Source of the DNA: Tortispora ganteri
Taxonomy: Eukaryota
Direction: 5' to 3'
DNA: 64,000 nt
Assembly: GCA_003707115.1 (NCBI GenBank)
Contig: PPNB01000009.1
Coordinates: 124,001-188,000, forward strand
Numbering within the stretch: the stretch's first letter is position 1; each line of letters opens with the position of its first letter. Made by a program: the position numbers and the translations under genes. Positions 21,568-32,064 of this stretch are shown in pieces. The notes beneath the pieces were generated by a model. It worked only from the letters and a program-made list of their open reading frames with translations. It ran no database searches and had not been told where the DNA came from.

Positions 21568-23064
21568 ATGAAATCGTCAGGGGATGGACGACATACAGCG
21601 CCAGAAATGATTCAAGTCGACCGATCGGAGTACATGTTTGGCGAGGACGGCGGCAAAGGAACTCCTGCCTCAAGTTTCCTCAGGTCGAAATTCTTCAAGG
21701 ATTCTCATTCGCCAAAAGGCACACTATATGATGAAATGAAAATAGTAGGTGCAGCTTATTCGTATGCAGATATGCTGAAAATGAAGTCCAGAACCTCGGC
21801 GCACAAGTCGCGGTCGTCAAAATCGGCAGCCTCTGAAAGCTCAGCTTCGAAATTTGCTATCACTGATTGGGAAAATGACGATTGGAGTGCTGATATCGAC
21901 GAAGAAGAGCCGGATACACGCAGAGTCAAAAGTATTGAGAACATTCCGCAACCTGCAGCTTTATCGCGCGTACATAGCGCTACAAGCAGCATTGCTCCTG
22001 CAGGGTCACCGCACTCGCGCGAATGCTCAGTTGATTCATGCGCACAAAACGACGCACAGCTGAACGCCGAAATTGAAGAAATAAACGCTCGATTAGGTCG
22101 TATAACGAAATTTAAGTCTATTTTTCGTCAGCCCGTAATCGACCTTGCTGCACTACGCAAACTCGCTTGGGCTGGCATCCCGGACGAGCTCAGACCACAG
22201 GCATGGAAACTACTGCTCGGTTACCTCCCTAAAAACTCGAACAGAAGAGAAGAAACATTGCTTAGAAAACGACAGGATTACCTAGACGGCATTGAAGCCG
22301 TCTTCTCGAGACCATTGGATCAAGTAATGTGGCACCAGATTAGCATCGACGTCCCACGTACAAACCCGCATATTCCTTTGTATACTCACCATACAACACA
22401 GAAGGCCCTTGAACGAATTTTGTACCTTTGGGCTGTGAGACACCCTGCATCTGGTTATGTTCAAGGCATAAATGACCTTGTAACGCCTTTCTTCCAAGTG
22501 TTTCTCTCCGAGTACATAGATGCCGATAACATCACAGACTACGACCCCAAATCCCTTTCCAAAGATGATTTGAATGCAATAGAGGCAGATTGCTATTGGT
22601 GCTTAACAAAGCTGCTGGACGGTATACAAGACAATTACATTCAAGCGCAGCCGGGAATACAAAGACAAGTAGCGGAGCTTCGCGATCTAACGAAACGAAT
22701 TGATGCCACTTTAGCCGCACACCTCGAACACGAGAACGTGGAGTTCATCCAATTCAGCTTCCGCTGGATGAACTGCCTACTGATGAGAGAACTCTCTATT
22801 GACAATATAATACGCATGTGGGATACTTATATGGCGGAAGAACCGTTAGGATTTTCACGCTTTCATGTGTTCGTTTGTGCAGCGCTGCTTGTCAAGTTTT
22901 CTTCGGAACTACAACGCATGGATTTCCAGGATATAATGATATTTCTTCAATCGATTCCGACAGGTGACTGGGACGAGAAAAATGTTGAGCTGCTTCTGAG
23001 TGAAGCCTACATGTGGCAGACGCTGTTCAAGGACTCCTCCGCGCACCTAAAGGATAACGAATGA
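21568..23064 (+). CDS. GYP1: Rab GTPase-activating protein Gyp1 (TBC1D22-like)
   Basis: TBC motifs IDVPRT and YVQG, HPASGYVQGINDL, QFSFRWMNCLLMRE. Confidence 0.93.
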   Translation: MKSSGDGRHTAPEMIQVDRSEYMFGEDGGKGTPASSFLRSKFFKDSHSPKGTLYDEMKIVGAAYSYADMLKMKSRTSAHKSRSSKSAASESSASKFAITDWENDDWSADIDEEEPDTRRVKSIENIPQPAALSRVHSATSSIAPAGSPHSRECSVDSCAQNDAQLNAEIEEINARLGRITKFKSIFRQPVIDLAALRKLAWAGIPDELRPQAWKLLLGYLPKNSNRREETLLRKRQDYLDGIEAVFSRPLDQVMWHQISIDVPRTNPHIPLYTHHTTQKALERILYLWAVRHPASGYVQGINDLVTPFFQVFLSEYIDADNITDYDPKSLSKDDLNAIEADCYWCLTKLLDGIQDNYIQAQPGIQRQVAELRDLTKRIDATLAAHLEHENVEFIQFSFRWMNCLLMRELSIDNIIRMWDTYMAEEPLGFSRFHVFVCAALLVKFSSELQRMDFQDIMIFLQSIPTGDWDEKNVELLLSEAYMWQTLFKDSSAHLKDNE

Positions 23065-23159
23065 GGCCACGTCTCTACATATTAGTATATAAAATAAGAT
23101 AACATAACATCGGTCATATCTAGAAGGTCTGTAGAAGTAACAGTTACTAGCATTCCTTC

Positions 23160-23813
23160 TTATTCGCCTTCTTTCTTCTGCGAGGGAAGACGTGTCTCGA
23201 GCACATGTGGCAGTGTTACTTTAGTATTGATCAATGATGTAGCTATATGCGTGTGCGAGAGCAGTCCAGCGGCTCGTGCCCGTTTAATGGCTTTAGCGAG
23301 TCTTCTTTGCGTTCGCGGCTCCAGCCCGTTTTCACGGCCGCCCTTGATCGAGCCATCGACTCTAAGAAATTGTGACAAAAAGACAGGGTCTTTGGTAAAC
23401 TTCAGCGGATCAACACCCGCGTACTGGAAATTGTCCATCGATGGGTCAATTCGTTCCGCCGTCGAAGTCGCAGTGAGCGCTTTGTGAAGTGTGAGATCGT
23501 AAGGCTTATATGTGCCGTACCTCGAAAAGCTCGTGTTAAGCGCCGGTGAAATCCGTGTAGCCTTATTCACAATAGCCTCGGAAGAAGCCATGTCATGATC
23601 CTCCTGTTCGTACTTGGAGGCCTGTTGCATTCTTTGCACAATATTGGACATCTTAGCCCAGGCATCGTCCTCAGCGTCTAGTTCTCTGACTTCTTTCACG
23701 TCAGGCTCCCTGCTACTGCGCACATAAGCGCGTCTGGTTAAAGGCAATACAGAAACCTTCAAATTAAAAAATGAAGCCCTACACGGCGTCATTATTTGCG
23801 TGCTTCTCAGCAT
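23160..23813 (-). CDS. RSM18: Mitochondrial small-subunit ribosomal protein bS18m
   Basis: Basic presequence-like N-terminus; S18 core LSQFL..DGSI...NGL..RTQRRLAKAIKRARAAGLL. Confidence 0.85.
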   Translation of the reverse strand: MLRSTQIMTPCRASFFNLKVSVLPLTRRAYVRSSREPDVKEVRELDAEDDAWAKMSNIVQRMQQASKYEQEDHDMASSEAIVNKATRISPALNTSFSRYGTYKPYDLTLHKALTATSTAERIDPSMDNFQYAGVDPLKFTKDPVFLSQFLRVDGSIKGGRENGLEPRTQRRLAKAIKRARAAGLLSHTHIATSLINTKVTLPHVLETRLPSQKKEGE

Positions 23814-24401
23814 TTTCGAGTGTGCCGGTACGATCGTGTGGTAGACTTATTACAATGTGAGATTTTTTGTGAAACCCATTCCCTCATATTTCCCCTAGCA
23901 ACCTAAAACTGCTAGTGTTAAATAGAGTTTAAGTTTATTATACTACTGTAATATATGTTCATACCATCTTGAAATGGAACGCAAAGCCTTAAATGACTCT
24001 CATAGTAGAGAAATCAGGTATCATGCTGTAGCATTAGCTTCATTGGGTTGCATAGTGTGCAGGATATAGTTGTCCCACATTTGTGCATCGTTTTCCATAT
24101 CAACCTGCTCGTATATGTGAGCCCGCTGGGGATAGAAAGCTGGTGGATCTCCTATTTGGTATGTTTGTTGATTCCGCCCTCGAACGTCCGATTAAATAAC
24201 CAGTATCAGGAGCGCAATTGCATGATAATCTTCTGTCGGCAGACAAGAAGCGTATCTCATGTTTGTGGTTAGGTTCTGATAACGCTTGATTTAATATAAG
24301 CGAGTGCTGCACGCAAGTTCGAGCAGAACTAACAGCTTTCGCTGATGCCGCTGCAGAAGATCCAAAATCCTTGGCTTTGTATGCGCATAAAACTACCAGC
24401 C

Positions 24402-27400
24402 TTATACTTTTTGCATGGCGTTAAACAGCGTAAGAAAATCATTGTTCAGCGAAGTAATATGCGCCGAATGTGATACGTCCAAGCCAGAAAGAGAGCGTAC
24501 TGTAGTTGGAACGGGGAGAGGCTCATCTTTTGATTGCACTATGTGGGTTTCTATCACCATATTTGCTTCGGTCAAACGCGTATGTGATACTCCTGAAATA
24601 TCAACAGTTAGTTGTTGGTGTATTTTTCTGTGGCGTATCAAGGGGGGTTCGGTAGCACGTCCTATGTTCAAGTGAAAGTTCCACATCTCTTTTTCAGGGA
24701 TGTTGTTCTCGTTAAACCATTTTTTGGCCAGACACACAATGTGCTTGCAGATATGGTAAGGATTGCGAAGATAGGACTTGCAGTTGCAACGCCATGACTG
24801 TAATGAAGTGCGATATTCACTGGTCTTCTGAAGCGTCTCTTCCCAATATGCTGTTTTCCGAAATTCTTCAAAAATGGGGCGCCACATCTTCATAAATCTG
24901 ATACGCCAACTTGCCATATTCTCGGTGCATTGATTGATTCTATATCCCTCCAACCGCTCGTGCAGTTTGGGTACTTCTTCGCTCTCAATATGTTCTAATA
25001 TCCCATAATTTGCAGCGTCAAGTCGGCAGCTTCTGCGTTTTCTGACAACTACATAACCTTTGAGCACGCTCCAATGACCTTCTATGCCCATCGTAGTCTT
25101 CAATATAGGGACAGAAGATCGTGAAGCCTGCGCCCAGTGCATCCATTCTTCTGGGCAGTACCACTCTTTCCACATATATGCCCAGACTTGCGGGATCTTT
25201 TCTTTAAGACAAAATTCGTACATCTCGCGCACAGAGTCTTTGTAAATTTGCGCATTCGTGGTACCTTCAATAAGGTATTCATGTCGCGCAATGTGTCCAG
25301 CGAACATTGCAACCAATGCATTCTGTAAGTTTACTCTTTCCTCTTCTAAGTAAACTCTTCGGGTTTGAGAATTCTTCCAGGAACAGTCGCATTTACTTGA
25401 TCGATGAAGATCTGGAAGATGTTCTGCAGTGCTTGCAAAGCATGGCTGAATGTCTGGCAGCACTGCTCTAACGTTAGCAAATCTGTAATCGCTTATTGAA
25501 CTAGTATTCTCTATGTCACGGCTGCGTATTGCGTGTAATGCATGCCATGCACATATTCGAATCTTCTCTGAGCCCCAAATTTGGCTAACAGCACGTATAG
25601 TGGCCTTATCTTTGTCAATATGCACAAATGATGGATTCACGCCCTTGCGGCTCAGTAAATGCAACGCCCGTCCAATCGCATGGGCCATAAAAGGTTCGGA
25701 TGTTTCCTTTTTCGAGAGATAAAAGTAGCAAAGTGGATATACTGCACCATCCAGGGCCGCTAAAACTCCGTAGAGATTGTAAGGGTCTTTTGAAATGCTG
25801 AAAGTAGAATCTATAACAACTTCAGAGATAATTGGAGCAAGCGCGTTAACGAAGAAAGTAAATATCATGGAGAATCCAGTCAAGCGACCTTGCGTGGCCG
25901 CACAGATATCGTAGGCTTCCACCCCTCTTGCAGTTTGACAGTACATGAACGCAGATTGAAGTGGGTCTTCATGAAGTTTCCACGCTTTTTGACAGACTTT
26001 TCGGTAGTAATAGACCAATGAGCTCTTCTTACATGTTCGCATCACATGCTTCAAAGTTTCGTCCTTTCGTAGTGCTTTATTTATACTGCAAAACGAAGGG
26101 CTGGTAGGTGAAGAAGCGTTTTCCCATATAAATTGTTTGATTGAAATTGGAAGATTTGGCGGAGGTGGTGGCGGTGGATGCGGTTTGTGTCGCAGAAAGA
26201 TTTGAATGCATTTAGCATTTGGATGATAGGTTACAACCAAGCGAGAGTTACAGCGCTCTGTCATGTGTCTTCGCTTGTAATGTACCTTTGCCTGCGAGCC
26301 TTGTTCGTCTTGACAACAATAGAAGCTGACAGTGAATGGGCCGATACCTTTCCAAGTTGTGGCACTTCCCCACACAAATCTGTAGCCAGTGGCCTTTTCA
26401 ATAAGGCCACGCACGATATAATCGCGTACAAAAACTCCCATCTTCATTCTGTTTCTTTTGACATCTACCAATTGAGATTCGTCGGGAAGACCGTTTCGCT
26501 CCATTGCCTCGCGGTTTAGGTGCAGAATGGCATTCGCGCTCCCGTTTCCATTTCCTGAGGCCAGGGCACGAAAAAATAATTCTGCATCGGTATACACTTC
26601 AGAGGCATTGCTTTCCTTGATCATAAGGCGTCGTTTCTTCTTATCGGTCCTGACACCTTTAAGAACGCGGCTTCGACGTTTTACTTCAGCATTGGCTTCC
26701 CGGCACCTTATACACTTGGCCTTGATGAAACGTTCAGGTTCGGATTCTCCCATTACTTTGCGACAATGTGTGCAAACAGTAGTTTTATTCGCCGGAGGGC
26801 TCGTAAACAATGAAGTGTATACGTCGGGTGGAAGTTCTTTGCGTTCACGGTAGACGTTGGGGCACTCAGGTTGATCTGGTAGATCCGCAGTTCCATCTTG
26901 CTGCAGTAGCGAGCACATAAGATCAGCTTCTTCTTTTTCAAATTCCTCTTCGCTGTCGCTATCGCTGTGTTGGTCACCGTCGCTCAACTCTGTGTTACTT
27001 TCAATTTCCTTGTAGCTCATATCATATGCATCCTCCCATTCAACATTCTTAAGCTCTATTTCTTCGTTTTCCATTTCTTCGTTTTCCATTTCTTCGTTTT
27101 CCATTTCTTCGTTTTCTAACTCCTCGTTTGATGGCGAGGTCGTTTCAATGTATGAATAGTCCTCCGGCTGAGCACTGAAAGTTTCATCGACCTCTTGCGG
27201 AGTCAGTGTTAGGTGTTGAGGTGCAATTCCGCTGTCCCATTCACCTTCTCGCAGTTCTTCAGCTTCCTGTGAGGAGTTTCCGTCAAATTCTTCCGCGTAG
27301 CTGTGTACTGGAATCTTCATTTCGGGTGCGTCGCGTGTCAGTTTCTCCAGATCGTGGCATCGCTTTTGCGTACCAGCTAGTTTACAGCTCGGGTTGGTGC

Positions 27401-27873
27401 TTACGCGACAAGTTTGCCCAGTTCTTTGAAGCCACTCAGTAAGTACAGATGAGACCCTGTAATCATCAGCCTTAATAGCTTCTGGGAAGTCCGTGGCAAT
27501 GAATTTCTTGGTGGCTTCGTGAAAATAGTTCAGTGAATAAACACGCTCTGCAACTTGTCGAAGAGTCATGTCTAGCGACTCTTGGTAATCTTTTGCAAGA
27601 CTTTCCGTACTTTCGACGCCATTCCTTGTACTCCTTAGTTTCAGGAAATTAGCATCAATAACCTTTTTAATGTCTGCAACAGTGTTATTCACTACGTTTG
27701 TGTGATCGGGTTCAGAAAAGGGGGATTGGAATGTGGACTGTAATGAAGCGATACAGTCCCGGAGCTTTTTTCTGATCGTTAGATATGTTTCGGGACCTTT
27801 TTTAGACTAATCATGTACGTTACCTAGAGGAAATAGCGTTGTAAAGCGACTCTTCGAGTAGTTTTTCGTCCAT
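24402..27873 (-). CDS. Mutator-like (MULE) DDE transposase-family protein with SWIM zinc finger; proposed exons 27873-27824 and 27771-24402 (about 1139 aa)
   Basis: D1 VVIDSTF, D2 VHIDKD, CxWH (ICAWHA), E in TTMGIEGHW, SWIM CNC-x10-CKH, upstream WRKY/GCM1-like C..C..HxxH and a C2C2 motif. The intron GTAACG...CTAAC-GATCAG (52 nt) joins MDEKLLEESLYNAISS in frame. TATAAATA lies about 60 bp upstream. Confidence 0.85.
27058..27129. repeat. 15-bp coding tandem repeat (EEMEN/EELEN) inside the MULE gene
   Basis: atttcttcgttttcc repeated about 4 times; encodes NEELENEEMENEEMENEEMENEEI. Confidence 0.9.
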
Positions 27874-28444
27874 TGTTTACTCGTACACGGTGTGATGGGA
27901 ATGTAAACATGCCTCCCACCGCGTTTTCCTCTATTTATACCCCTTTTTTAAACCTCTATAACTTCACCAAAAATATGCCAATTTCATTTTTAAATATATT
28001 AAAGCGTGCAGAACGCTCTGGCGCATAAAATATGGCAATTTCAAGGCGATCCGGCAACTTTTTTGGAAATATGTAGCTTCGGTAGGAAATCCTTAGTCCC
28101 AATTTCCAGTTAAAGCTTCATATTACACTGAGTCAGTTTTCCCCAAATAGTTGAATTTCGCCTCCAAAGCACTACCATTTGAAAGATCTAGCAATTATAA
28201 TTAAAACACTCATTATTACTGAATTTAATCTATTTTTGAAATAGTTACGACTAAAACAAATTCACGTTGTCAAGAGAGGATCCCTGTACAGTAATCCCTT
28301 GTATAGTACCGGTGACTCAAGCGTTCACCCACTCATCCTCAGACCCAATGAATAGTTATATTACCATGGCAACATCATCTTCTTGAATTCAACGCTTTGC
28401 AGGGCCAGCCGCTCAACACCAGCGCATCACAATCAAGGTAGATA

Positions 28445-29842
28445 ATGGTACAGATTGATGATGAATTCGATGATATATAGTAAGTTTTTGATGCTGTTTG
28501 CACCGAATATTTATACTAATGAAGTAGTGAGGAGCAGACACCAGATAGAGAAGAAGTTGTGAAAGATCATGTAGCTCCCGATACCTCAGGAAAGGAGACT
28601 TCTATAAGCGACAAAGACGAGCCAGAGAACGTTTCTAGACATGTAGAACCGGCAGAGAATCCCACACCCATGGTTTCAACTGAGACTAAAGAAGAACAAC
28701 CAGATGGGATCAGTATGACCGAACGAATGAAGGCAGAAGGTAAGCTCTTTATTGGCGGTCTACATTGGCAGACAGATGAAGACAGTCTAGTGAATTATTT
28801 TTCTCAATTTGGTGAAGTCATGGATCGCGTTATTATGCGCGATGGTCCTAACGGAAGGTCACGCGGGTTTGCATTCCTGACTTTTAAAGACCCGTCGTCT
28901 GTAGACAAAGTGCTGGAGACAACGCACGTACTAGATGGCAAAACAATCGATCCTAAACGTGCGATTCCTAAAGACCAACAGGAAAATGCAGGCAAGATCT
29001 TTGTGGGTGGACTGCCTTCAGAAATAACAGAAGAAGAGTTTCATGATTTCTTTGCGAAGTACGGCAACGTAATCGATGCTAACTTGATGGTGTATAAAGA
29101 GACAGGACGGTCTCGCGGATTTGGCTTTATTACGTACGATTCGCTAAAACCTATTGATGATTTATTCGCAGCTGGGCCGTTGGTTATTGGAAATCGCACT
29201 ATTGAAATCCGAAGAGCGCAGTCGCGTAATAAGGCAGCTGAAGAAGCAGCTGCAGCCGCAGCAGCCACTTCGCAACTGGATTCAAACTCTTCTGGCTCTA
29301 ATGGACCGCCAAATGACGACGTTGACTATTCTCAGCCCTACTACGGTGGTTTCACGCCGCATATGATGGCGGAGTACTGGCGTCAGATGCAGGCTTACTA
29401 CGCGGCAATGCAACAGCATCTGATGGGGTTGTCTAATAATAGAGGACTGCATATGGGAGGAGTACTGGACTCCACGGTACAAAATAACTCAGCTACAGCT
29501 AACACTGGCACTGGATCTGCGTCGGGACTACCCTTTTTTCCTATGCCTGGAGTTGACCCGCAAGCAATGATGCAAATGATGCAGTCTATGGCTATGGCTA
29601 GTGGCAGTTCTGCAGCTAACAGCACCACCCAATACGCAGGAGGGCCACAAGGTGGCAATCCGTCTGAAACGAAGGCAGACAGTCACTCCAAGAATGATCA
29701 ATCGAGCAGTAATCAAAAAGGCCAAAATGATGAACAGGAAAACTATCGAAATTCGCGTGATTATGACAATCCTAATCGACCAGGAGGGCCTATGGGTCGT
29801 TCTCACAACCGTTATAACTCACACCCATACTCCAGGCGTTAA
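28445..29842 (+). CDS. HRP1: Two-RRM hnRNP / polyadenylation factor Hrp1 (Nab4); exons 28445-28479 and 28528-29842
   Basis: KLFIGGL, RSRGFAFLTF, LDGKTIDPKRAIP, KIFVGGL, RSRGFGFITY, MAEYW..MQ.YY and PY-NLS (HPYSRR). The intron GTAAGT...TACTAAT...TAG (48 nt) gives MVQIDDEFDDIYEE. Confidence 0.9.
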
Positions 29843-29845
29843 GAT

Positions 29846-31705
29846 TTATACCATAAGTGAATTTCGTGAGACCTCTTTTACAGAAGGTCTATATTCACAC
29901 CATTGGACTTTGTACCGGCCCAGAAAGCTGCCAACGTTTGAAACCTGGCACTCTTCGTAAGAGACATTATATGACGGTGAAGTTGCATCGGACATCACCA
30001 ATACAGTGGGTAAAGGCTGCAGCCATAAGGTGCTATAATAATCCCACAGATTCGGTGTTATTTCTTGCGGAAACGGAGATAAGGTGGCTTGGTCCAGTAG
30101 TGTTCGTGCTATACGGCGACCTTCTATGACCTCAGCGGTGGGCTTGAATTGGTCATTATGTAGGCTGTGATCTGGATCTGTTGCACTAAGCATTTCGTGA
30201 TCTTCTTTTTCTGAATTTGTCGGTCTATTTTCCTTCTCCGCTTGTTCAGCTTCTTGGTAGCCAAGTGGACCAGCACCAATTCGAAGCTGGTTGCGGCGCA
30301 TGCGAGCGCCTATATCATCTCTGCATATGACAATCTCCTGTGAGAAGAAGCTGATTCTGCAGGGGTTAGAAGTGAATATAATTCTTGGGCTGACTCTGCG
30401 CAGTCTGTTTGTGAAAATTTCAGGTATTGGTCTTTGTGGCAGCATTCTTATTGCGCCCGAGCTGTGGCTTGTAGCCCATGGGTCTTTCTCGCCAGGAACG
30501 AATATGAAAGTAGCATTTTGTGTAAGATCCGGATACTTTTTGAGGATTTTTTCGAGATTGTCGAAGCTTGCCTTATATTGTGCGGAATCTCCTGATCCTT
30601 GGAACGCGCTGCTAGTGAAGCTGCCTATTAAGACTATTGCTAACGGTATTTCTTCCTTATCTGAATCGAGTTTAGCGAATGTTTTATCCAAAGCCATGAG
30701 CACTTTCGGGTTATCTAAGTGAATTTCATGGCCCAATATGACAATTTTTATGTCTGTTTGTTCGATCTCTTCCGTGAACATTTTCTGTTGTAGCGAGCGG
30801 TCGAATCTGCCGATAGTGTTTCTGGACCCGTTGTTTGTTACGCCGAGGAAGTCTATGTAGTCGTACGCGTCCAAACTGGCGTATCGCTGTTCGGCCGGCG
30901 GGTGTGCCATTACAGCGACGATAAAGGTTTCAGAACTAGAGTAGAGGCCTTCTACCAAAACAAAGCAGCCATAATGATAGTAGCCCAACGAGCTCTGTAC
31001 TTGCGAGAGGTCGAGTTGTATGCGACCGCTGGGGTCGTGCAAGTAGACATTCCCGTCAGCGCCCTTCGAGAGCAGACCAAACAGCAAAAAAGTCTTTCCA
31101 AACCGTCCAAGAAGGTGGCTTATAGAATATATGGTACCCTTTGAGTTGGTTAGTACAGCGTCAGAGGAGGGAGCCTGGAAGAAGTCGCTGCGATGAAGTC
31201 GGTGATAGATCATATAGTAACGTGATATGAACATTTCGACAAGCGACTGACGATTACCCAGCGCGCTTGGTGTTCTCGCAAATAAATCGAAATGCTTTTT
31301 TGGGGTATTATAAGTCCATAGAGGTTGGCTGAATGCGTCATGGACTTTGAAGAAATCATCTAGACTAAGTGACTCCTGCTGATGTGTACCGACGACTCCG
31401 TATATGGAATCATGGCGCAGTTCAACTTCCTGAATAACTGATTTTAAATTATCACCGTCAATAAAAAGTCCTCTGTCCTGATCCTTCCATTGCCTTGCCA
31501 AAAAGTCCAGAAACTTTTCGGCTTTAGTGTTCCAGTCGGAACCAAATGCCCGACCGATATAAGTGGCGAGCATTTGTAGCCCTGTCGACTTCAAATTCAG
31601 TCCATGCTTTTTTGAAAGAACCCTATACGCTAACGGACGTAACTGTGATGGTTTTAATTCTAAAGGAAGATGTGGAGTCTCAGATAAACGCGCTGTTTGG
31701 TCCAT
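29846..31705 (-). CDS. DPB2: DNA polymerase epsilon subunit B
   Basis: LRPLAYRVLSKKHGLNLKS, HPPAEQR, FVPG..DPW, SNPCRI.FFSQEIV.CRDD, TLLDQ..LSPF. Confidence 0.95.
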   Translation of the reverse strand: MDQTARLSETPHLPLELKPSQLRPLAYRVLSKKHGLNLKSTGLQMLATYIGRAFGSDWNTKAEKFLDFLARQWKDQDRGLFIDGDNLKSVIQEVELRHDSIYGVVGTHQQESLSLDDFFKVHDAFSQPLWTYNTPKKHFDLFARTPSALGNRQSLVEMFISRYYMIYHRLHRSDFFQAPSSDAVLTNSKGTIYSISHLLGRFGKTFLLFGLLSKGADGNVYLHDPSGRIQLDLSQVQSSLGYYHYGCFVLVEGLYSSSETFIVAVMAHPPAEQRYASLDAYDYIDFLGVTNNGSRNTIGRFDRSLQQKMFTEEIEQTDIKIVILGHEIHLDNPKVLMALDKTFAKLDSDKEEIPLAIVLIGSFTSSAFQGSGDSAQYKASFDNLEKILKKYPDLTQNATFIFVPGEKDPWATSHSSGAIRMLPQRPIPEIFTNRLRRVSPRIIFTSNPCRISFFSQEIVICRDDIGARMRRNQLRIGAGPLGYQEAEQAEKENRPTNSEKEDHEMLSATDPDHSLHNDQFKPTAEVIEGRRIARTLLDQATLSPFPQEITPNLWDYYSTLWLQPLPTVLVMSDATSPSYNVSYEECQVSNVGSFLGRYKVQWCEYRPSVKEVSRNSLMV

Positions 31706-31725
31706 TTCGCGCTAATCTGTATAAA

Positions 31726-31731
31726 ACGCGT
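31726..31731. promoter_or_regulatory. MCB (MluI cell-cycle box) upstream of DPB2
   Basis: ACGCGT plus neighbouring CGCG cores within about 40 bp upstream of the DPB2 ATG; expected for a G1/S replication gene. Confidence 0.55.
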
Positions 31732-32064
31732 CTGATCGCGCGGTCGGTGTAAAGGTATGGTTCTGCATAGCAACAATGTTGACCAGAGCGCGATACTAGG
31801 CATTATAATGTATGATTATATATGTAAACATGTATTGAAATTACATGAGTTTATATAAATATATTTTATGATATATATTTTTTGGACTCTTGATGTTTAC
31901 TATAGTGTTCATATTATATGTTATTAATATGTTGTTAGTAACATACTGATATCATCTATTACTACTACCTTTGTACTACTTAACATCAACTAAAATTATC
32001 ATATTGAAAACAGAGGTAACAAAACTAAAAATCACATATGTCTCGCTTAATTATCAAATAAAAC

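Noticed and set aside
23814..28400. Terminal inverted repeats/TSD for the MULE element
   Set aside because: Only matches of about 9-11 nt (e.g. CATATTTCC/GGAAATATG) in AT-rich DNA; not convincing by eye.
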